Below are positions 55,036 through 64,000 of a stretch of DNA of 64,000 bases, piece after piece. Position numbers and translations under genes: made by a program. The notes below the pieces were generated by a model. The model saw nothing but the letters and a program-made list of their open reading frames with translations, ran no database searches and was not told where the DNA came from. How positions within the stretch are numbered: the stretch's first letter is position 1; the number at the start of each line of letters is the position of its first letter. Source of the stretch: Octopus vulgaris (Eukaryota); NCBI GenBank assembly GCA_951406725.2, contig OX597816.1, positions 76,384,001-76,448,000 on the forward strand, in the 5' to 3' direction.

Positions 55036-55903
55036 GTAGAAATCAAATATCAAAATAATATAATTCGTAAACGATTAGATGATACGATTGCTAGTACAAT
55101 CAATTTAGAGAATAAAGGTTTCTAGTTTGATCCAGTGCAATGTGCCAGGAATAAGACTTCTGATGATGACCGAAGAACAAACCGATCGGAATGAAGTGTT
55201 CATGAAGATCAAAAAATAAATACTTCATCAGCAAAGACAAAAATTGTAATCGTATTTTAAGTTAACATTCTACAGTTTGCCGAATACTGACACTGCATGC
55301 TTCTTCAACCAGTTATTGGAACATCAGTTGTAATCTCTCATTCATTCACACACATATAGACTTATATAATACTTAATCATGGATTTCATAAAGGTTTACT
55401 TTTGTCTAAAGCGAAAGTACAACAGAAAGTATATTTAGAACTGAATTGACCATAAATTATATTCGACATTATTAAGGACACGTAAATAATATCATTTGCG
55501 CCACAAATTGCCAACCTGATGAACAATCGCATTTTCTATCAGATGTTTAACTCCATCAAAGGGCAATATTTCTAATTTCTGCTTTAAATTGGCACAGAAC
55601 TAACTTTATAAAACATCTTACAAGTAAATTTTAAATTGAATTATATGAAACAGTGAATACATTTCCGCATACGGGAGAAAGCATTCATGTGAATATGATA
55701 AAACGGAGTGATAATTTCATTTCTATTACTATACAGATTACATCGATGTTCACATTGTGTTTGAATAGAGAATATATACTTAGAATTTAACTTATTCTAG
55801 ATGCTGCAGTTGTTTCATTGCATTGATGTGTTTTCTTATAGTTTTCTGTTCATTAAATTTTAGATACAGGTAATGGGTACAATATGTAAATAGTTCAGTA
55901 TAT

Positions 55904-55904
<1 letters not shown>

Positions 55905-55980
<76 letters not shown>
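55905..55980. repeat. (CTA)n microsatellite
   Basis: Direct tandem repeats. Confidence 0.95.
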
Positions 55981-55982
<2 letters not shown>

Positions 55983-56086
55983 ATATATTTCAAGAATGCA
56001 ACGAAATAATATATAAGTATATATATTATTCATACGTACATATCTACGAATGTATGTGCTTGTATATATGTACATGCTTGCATATG

Positions 56087-56141
<55 letters not shown>

Positions 56142-56173
56142 CACACGCACACACATACATATATATCTATGAA

Positions 56174-56238
<65 letters not shown>

Positions 56239-56358
56239 GCATATATATATCGCAAACGACATATGAAATCTTGATATGGAAGATATCCAATATTATCTGG
56301 TACATGCATGATACTTTGCTACTAGTCGTCTTGATTGTCAGCTTGGCCAAATTCCACA

Positions 56359-56411
<53 letters not shown>

Positions 56412-57974
56412 ATAAATACATAATATACATACATATATATACATATACATACATATATATATACATATATATCTCTATAAATACATATATATATATATAT
56501 ATACATAATACATAAAAACACACACATATATATAGACACACACTTGCCCACATATCGGTGTGTTTCTCTCTTTCTGTTTATCATATATACATACATTCAT
56601 ACATCCATTTATATATATATTCACAATTGCACACTATAGCTTTGGTGTACATGCAACTATAAACACATACACGTAGATGAACTATCAAAATCATCCAAAT
56701 ATATTTGATTTATTACACTGGCAAACATATCAAATGAATGATAAAGATTTTCTTATTCATCAAACCTTGCCGCATTATCTTGATTCTCATTTTACTAATA
56801 TGTATATTGATCAATATATCTGCATATTCATCGATCTGTTTATCTATCTAACTAAATATTCCTGTATCAGCTATCTATGTATGTAGATTTCTGTCCATCC
56901 AAAACGCTTTCCTCTTTACTTCGCTGTCAGTTTCAGTATTTGTCACTCCTATTCTATACATATAGATAAATATGTAAATATATATTCGTGCATACTCACA
57001 CATATTTATATAATACATATATGAGTGTATGTGTATGTGTATGTGTGTGTGTTTTCTGCGAGCGTGTGTGATTTCACATCCGTCTCTCTATTTCAATAAA
57101 AATATTTTTCTTCCTTTCATCTCCCTTTCAGCTATTCGCTTTTATACGCGTGTGTGTGCGTGTATATGTGTGTGAGTGTGTGTGTGTATGTTGTGTGTTC
57201 GCGTGTGTGTGGATATAAGCAAACACACACATATAGGTATATTTATGTATTTTTTTTTATTTAGTAAATGTGTGTATCCCTCTTTTTAAGCACAATGTTG
57301 CTTTCAGACAAATAGGAATTAATATAAGAAATATATGACACACGATATACCTAAGTTGAAAGATATGCAAGATTGGCATATAATCCTGAAGTTATTCTCG
57401 AGGGTGACAAGGATATGTGATTCCATGTCTATGCAAGAATGTAGTTTCACACACGCTTGCACGCCCGCAAAACACGTATGCATATAGATGTTTATGTGTG
57501 TTTGTTTACGTATATATGTATGCATGCATGCTTATACAAACGTTTTTAATTACGAAAGTGAGTTACAAGTAATGCAAATATAAATTGCATTATTTCCTGA
57601 CTCATTTCCTATATATACAAAACTTCGTTACTGAATATAGAATCTAATAAATGAAGAGTAGTATATATTGTAAATGGTGGAGATCAGTATATGTTGTAAT
57701 TGTTTAGCTTTTCAAATTGTGCTTGGGAATGATGAATTAGTCTTGCATATATATGTAAGTTAGATATGGGTTCAATCGAATTAATTATAGTTAAGTTGGA
57801 TTGAATAATCTTTAAAGAGATAATTAAACAGATGAAGAAGATTGTTGACATCGTTGCATAAACTATAAGAAGGCCAATAAGATCAGGTATCGACCCAAGG
57901 TTTGTTCAGTGATTGAGTGTATGCTCGTGTAAGGAGAATTTGATGTGGATAATGTCCTATGCATAATTCTATCT

Positions 57975-58150
57975 ACTAGGCCAGCAATGTCGGGAAGGGA
58001 TAAGACGATTATATCGATCCTAGTGTTCAAATGGTACTTATTTAATTGACTCCGAAAGGAGGAAATTCACAGTTGACCTCGGTGGAATGTGAACTCAAAA
58101 CGTAAAGACAGACAAAATGCCGTTACGCATTGCCCGGCGTGTTAACGATT
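57975..58150 (-). mobile_element. tRNA-derived SINE, family 2
   Basis: Reverse complement of the body at 49816-50022. Confidence 0.72.
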
Positions 58151-58304
58151 CACGTATACAACAAAGAATGTTCTAACGTTAATGATAAGTAATATTATCT
58201 TAAAATCTATCAAGGGAATTCATACATTTGAAGAAAGTTATGTAGGAGTATAAAAGCAGTTTCAAAATAGAATTTCTTTGAAGGATGGTTATAAATTGAA
58301 AACA

Positions 58305-58463
58305 GTTACTCTTTTACTCTTTTATTTGTTTCAGTCATTTGACTGTGGCCATGCTGGAGCACCGCCTTTTGTCGAGCAAATCAACCCCGTGTCTTATTCT
58401 TTGTAAGCCTAGTACCTATTCTATCGGTCTCTTTTGCCGAACCGCTAAGTTACATATATACAT

Positions 58464-58513
<50 letters not shown>

Positions 58514-58678
58514 ACAACGGGCTTCTTTCAGTTTCCATCTACCAAATTTACTCACAAGGCTTTGGTCGGCCCGATGCTATAGTAGAAGATACTTGCCCTA
58601 GGTGCCACGCAATGGGACTGAACCTGGAACCATGTGGTTGGTAAGCAAGCTACTAACTACACACCTACTCCTACGCCT
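58305..58678 (-). mobile_element. tRNA-derived SINE, family 1
   Basis: Clear homology to 53140-53547. Confidence 0.9.
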
Positions 58679-59481
58679 CTAATTGTTTGTTTTAAAATAT
58701 TTCTCGCGTTCTATATTAAAAATATTTTATTTAAATAAGGTAAATTATCCGTGATAAATATAATGTTTGTAGAAATTAATATCTCTACTAACAAACATAT
58801 TAATTCTATTTCAGAGAAATTAAATTATCTAAGATTGAATCGTAGGAAATTAAATATTTAAATTAGTACAAATTATGTTTATCTTAACCAATATATTAGG
58901 AATGTAAGTACTTAGCTAATTAAATGAAAGTAGTACTCTCGAAAGACGTTTACGCTTGAAAATCATTGTTATTATCGAAACGAGCAATAATTACGATTCC
59001 AATAGCTAAGCAGTGGCATATAGATAGAGATAGATAAAAGAAATGTACTATTTCATTATGCTCTTACATATCAAGCAAAATTTTAAAATTGACTAATATA
59101 TAATCATACACAGGCACACACACACATACACACACAGAGGCACGCACACGCACATATGTTAAATCCCATTGTGGTAAGTCATCACAGAACCAGTTTTAAC
59201 ACTTGCTCACAAATTAAGTTACTTGATAGAAAGTAAAATTTTAAAACACACGAACACACACACAGACACACACACACATTAAAAAGCACACACAAACACA
59301 TATAGATACACACTATTTACTTCCTGATATTGTGGGTGTATGCATGTTTGTATACATATGCATATTGGTATGTATGTGTGTTTTTATATGTATGTATGTA
59401 TCTATTCATCTATCTACTTATCTTATAATGTTCGCTTCTATGTCAAATTCTACCATAAGCAATTTAACATTAAACTGCAGA

Positions 59482-59628
59482 ATAGCTCAATACATTGCAT
59501 CCCAGTCACATGGTTCCGGGTTCAGTATCACTGCATGGCGCCTTGGACAAGTGCTTTCTACTATGGCCTCGGGCCGACAAAAGCCTTGAGAGTGGTTTCC
59601 GTAGACGTAAACTGAAAGCAGTCCGTCG
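59482..59628 (+). mobile_element. tRNA-derived SINE, family 1 head
   Basis: cacatggttccgggttcagt...ccttggacaagtg...gaaagcagtccgtcgta. Confidence 0.8.
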
Positions 59629-59909
59629 TAGTAGATGAAACCATAGCGATTGAAGAAGGGTTTTTTTCTTTGTGTTAATTGTCCTGTACTCCATTTTTTG
59701 TTGTTTTTAAAAAAATGTTCAGTTCCTTTGGTTTGTGTCTATGTTTTCGTTTCTCTTTGTGTTCGACGTCTCTTTGGTGTCCTGTACTCATATATGCGTG
59801 TATATGTACATGTAGAGGTAGGTACGTACATATATGTTTATATATATGCATATGTTTTATTTCATTTATTAATATATATATATATAAAGAGAGAGAAAGA
59901 GAGAGAAAG

Positions 59910-59940
<31 letters not shown>

Positions 59941-60035
59941 GAGAGAGTGAGAGAGAGATTCAGATGAATATGGTACTTAAGTTGAGGCACCAGAATTTAG
60001 TACGGTATTATCCACACCATTTCAAAATAAGGCGA

Positions 60036-60160
60036 TTAAAATCAAAATAAGCAACAAGGGTATCCAGAGGTAATGCAGTACGATCGTTTCAAGCTACTCC
60101 ATTTTATTGAAAGATTCAATCATTACATCAATTTAAATGTAGAGCAAACCTCAGCTGCAT
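60036..60160 (-). ncRNA. Hammerhead motif (A9 altered) plus pLTR-like 3' end
   Basis: atgcag-CUGAGGU...GAAA-CGAUCG-UA-ctgcat (60073-60160), then cttgttgcttattttgatt. Confidence 0.7.
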
Positions 60161-60775
60161 AAAGACATATAATGTAATTAAATTAAAACAGATGGACACA
60201 TTAGTATAATTTTACCTAAAATCTCCAAGAAGGTAAGAAGCTAGACAAAAAACATGCCGTCTTCACTTCAGCTTAGAAGCTACTCTATCTGTATTTAATT
60301 GACTAAAGTCAAACTGGTAAACATTTTGTGAAAGCTGAAAGTGCACACATATCGTACAAAGATTGAAATTACTGACACGTACAGAAAGAAACTCATATTT
60401 CTTTAGAGAAACATAGTTGTTCGAAAGAAGATAATGTCCTAATAAAATATTCGGGAGTCGAGGAATATGCAATTTTTTGCTGACGTCCTTTTCTTCCCCA
60501 AAATGATGAGTTTGTGAATACAATCAAAACCACAATATTATTTCATTTTCATAGTAAATTTCAAGTATTTTGTTCCAGAAATCATTTATTTTTCAAAAGC
60601 AAATAACTTGTGAAAGAAGCAAACTATCAACAAGATGTATCGGAGTAAACTATTTATCATGTGTGAGTCAGGGAGGGAATTTCAATGTCATGAATCCAAT
60701 TAACTGTCAAATTTCTCAAATCACTTCATAAACAAAGACAACCAAAACAATGTGATAAATACGTCCCCTCCACCT

Positions 60776-60867
<92 letters not shown>

Positions 60868-60869
<2 letters not shown>

Positions 60870-61100
60870 ACGATAGATCGTTAGCCACAACACACACTTG
60901 TTTTTTCTGTGTCCCTTTCTGTAGAAGAGCGTGGGCTCGAAACGTAAGAGACTTTTCTATTCCTGAGCGTTATACTAATACATCTGTTTGTTTTGTACAC
61001 CACCTGTCTTCGTATTTTGTTCTTTTCGTATATATATATATATATATGTTTCTGAAACATATGTACCGCTAAATCCTTTGCATCCTGTTTTTCTTTTGAT
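60868..61100 (+). mobile_element. Two short PLE pLTR-like fragments between (TA)n tracts, with hammerhead remnants
   Basis: CUGUAGAA-gagc-gtgg-gctc-GAAA-CG-UA at 60919-60946; GAAA-CAUAUG-UA at 61054-61065, with the fragment ending cttttgat. Confidence 0.55.
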
Positions 61101-61122
61101 AAATATACCCTATCACCTACAC

Positions 61123-61172
<50 letters not shown>

Positions 61173-61175
61173 TAT

Positions 61176-61264
<89 letters not shown>

Positions 61265-61516
61265 TACATATACATACACGCGTGTACGCGTGCGTACGCA
61301 CACACAGTTTCCCTACTTCACTCAGGATGTGATAGAAGACATTTATCCAAGGTGCAGTGCAGTGGTATCGAACTCCGAAGGAATTAACTTTAATCATACG
61401 GCCATGTCCCAGGACATCGTAAACTTATAGTAAATGATTTGTAAATAATGTTCCAGGCTACGAGGCAGTGAGAATTATCATATCTCACATAATAGTATAC
61501 TTAATATATATTAACA

Positions 61517-61852
61517 CTAGCAGTATATCCCGGCGTTGTTCGAGTTTGTTTTGAAAAGTAGAAATTTTGCATTATGTACCTTGTTATTCTCTTTAAGTGA
61601 ACATTTTTCTGGTTGAAATACACCGAAAAATGGCGACTCAGCCGTCAAGAAATCGTAAAAAATAGGGATTTTGAGAGAAAAAAAAGCACCTTTTTTATGT
61701 AAATAATTTTTAGTCTTAACACGGTCCGATTTGAATTTTTTTTCTTCTACGGAATGAAGAGCAAGCCTTCTTCTATCATACTCTCAATTTTGGCCAACTT
61801 GTGCCGCAGGGTCTCGGAGGAGATAGTGTTAGTTGAAGGCTATCAAACCTGC

Positions 61853-61902
<50 letters not shown>

Positions 61903-61927
61903 GACAACTTCAGTTTTATATATAAAA
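61517..61927 (-). mobile_element. Non-autonomous Helitron sharing termini with the 40.2-41.2 kb dimer
   Basis: Minus strand reads tatatataaaactgaagttgtctg...cgaacaacgccgggatatactgCTAG|T. Confidence 0.8.
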
Positions 61928-62748
61928 ATTATTATTATTATTATTGAAAGCAATGAATTGGAATAATCGTTAGAGTGTATTACCATAACCCTTTAAGCAC
62001 TAAGTTCAAGTCTCGATTGATTTCATTGATCCTTCGTAGTTCGATACATGTATGTAATAAGATTTCTCTTTCCAAAATGCGATTCAAGTGGCATTGCATA
62101 GCCATGACTAAAGAAGTCACGTGCTCGGAGTCACACGCAGTCGGATAGAACCTGGAATGGTGCGTTCACAAAACGACCTTCTTAGCCATACATTGGTATG
62201 TTATATGATTTATCTTCACACATTAATATGATATATGATATATCTATACAATAAATGAAACGTATCATTCAAAATTGCAATGTGTCAGGTAATTATTATG
62301 TTTAAATTCCCTTTAGTGCTATAAAACACGATTGGCAACATCACTCATATCTCAGCAATAAAAGCTTTTATTTATTTCCTTGTTTAGGAGATTTTTAGCA
62401 ATCTAGATTATATAATATTAAAACAAAATAATTGGATAGATTTATTAATGGAAAATCGAATATACAAAAAAAAAGACATAAATATATCTTTAAATGTTGA
62501 AGACAATAATGTTTAATATATTCTTGTACTGTAACATTTGATGTCACTCTTTTATTACTTATATGGAAAGAAAAGATTGGTAAAAGTACAGAATAGGAAG
62601 ACAGAGACTTGGGCGATAGGGAAAATCAATGATATATTGACAGATATAAAGATAAATATGTATTTCGTTGTCTGCTACAGTTTTTGTTGTTAAAATTGTA
62701 TTGATCAATTGGGCATCAAATTGTATTATGAAATAATACAAATTCATG

Positions 62749-63222
<474 letters not shown>

Positions 63223-63246
63223 TATCTATCTATCTATCTATCTATC

Positions 63247-63309
<63 letters not shown>

Positions 63310-63312
<3 letters not shown>

Positions 63313-63412
63313 AGTATTATAATTCGATTTCATTCGGGTCTATAATTTTCAGGTCAATCCGACCACATTTGCTGACACTTTTGCCAGCACAACTGCTTGT
63401 GAAACAACGTCC
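63310..63412 (-). mobile_element. Small remnant of the 32.5-33.9 kb Helitron family
   Basis: cgatttcattcgggtcta and ttttcaggtcaatccgaccacatttgct are shared with 32580-32600 and 33595-33650. Confidence 0.6.
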
Positions 63413-63756
63413 GCCCTTTTCACATGTATATATAGTAGATACACACACACACACACACACACACACATATGTGTGTGTGTGTGTATGTGTGTGTGTTTTT
63501 TCTGTCCTACTGTTGATTTATCCATGCGGCACTCCGTACAACCCGTTGTTTACTTTCTTAAAAAAAGATATCCCTCAAACATTATGTACGACTCTCACCC
63601 TCATTTCCTCGCTTTTCTCCCTTGTTCCTTCTTTCCTTCTCTCTGTCTCTCTCTATTTCCACTCCCCCTCGTTCCTCACTTCCTCTGATTTCATTTTCCC
63701 TCTCGAGTATTCCTTAATCCCTTTCCCCTCCCTCTTATTCTTCATTCCCTTTGTTT

Positions 63757-63879
63757 TCCCCAGGACTTATTCTTTGTCAGCCTAATGATTATTCTATCGG
63801 TGTCTTTTGCCGAACCGCTAAGTTATGGGGACATAAACACACTAGCAACGGTTGTCAAGCGATGTTGAGGGGACCACAG

Positions 63880-63943
<64 letters not shown>

Positions 63944-64000
63944 GACGGGCTTCTTTTAGTTTCCATCTATCAGATCCACTCATAAGGATTTGGTCGACCC
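63757..64000 (-). mobile_element. tRNA-derived SINE, family 1 (cut by window end)
   Basis: ccccaggacttattctttgt...gccgaaccgctaagtt...acgacgggcttctt. Confidence 0.85.

Noticed and set aside
55155-55197. CUGAUGA followed by the palindrome ccgatcgg
   Set aside because: No GAAA, stem II or UH in the proper register; may be chance.

Overview
This is an AT-rich, microsatellite-dense, non-coding eukaryotic window. The SINE families point to an octopod cephalopod such as Octopus, though this is an inference. I found no intact host gene, and nearly all listed ORFs are microsatellite read-throughs or decayed transposon frames. The window is a graveyard of mobile DNA: R4/Dong-clade (RLE) LINE pieces, CR1-, RTE- and L1/Tx1-type LINE pieces, three tRNA-derived SINE families, Tc1/mariner transposons, Helitrons, and Penelope-like elements (PLEs). 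The strongest signal is a dispersed set of about nine minimal type-I hammerhead ribozyme motifs, intact or decayed (CUGANGA...GAAA, palindromic stem III, UH). They sit in PLE pseudo-LTRs and in ORF-less 400-500 nt monomers that are mostly next to (TA)n tracts and often form foldbacks. Related to these is a 4-unit array of a hammerhead 3'-half/pLTR terminus alternating with (TA)n. A second clear pattern is an R4/Dong family associated strand-specifically with (TACA)n microsatellites. All motifs were read by eye and coordinates of decayed elements are approximate.
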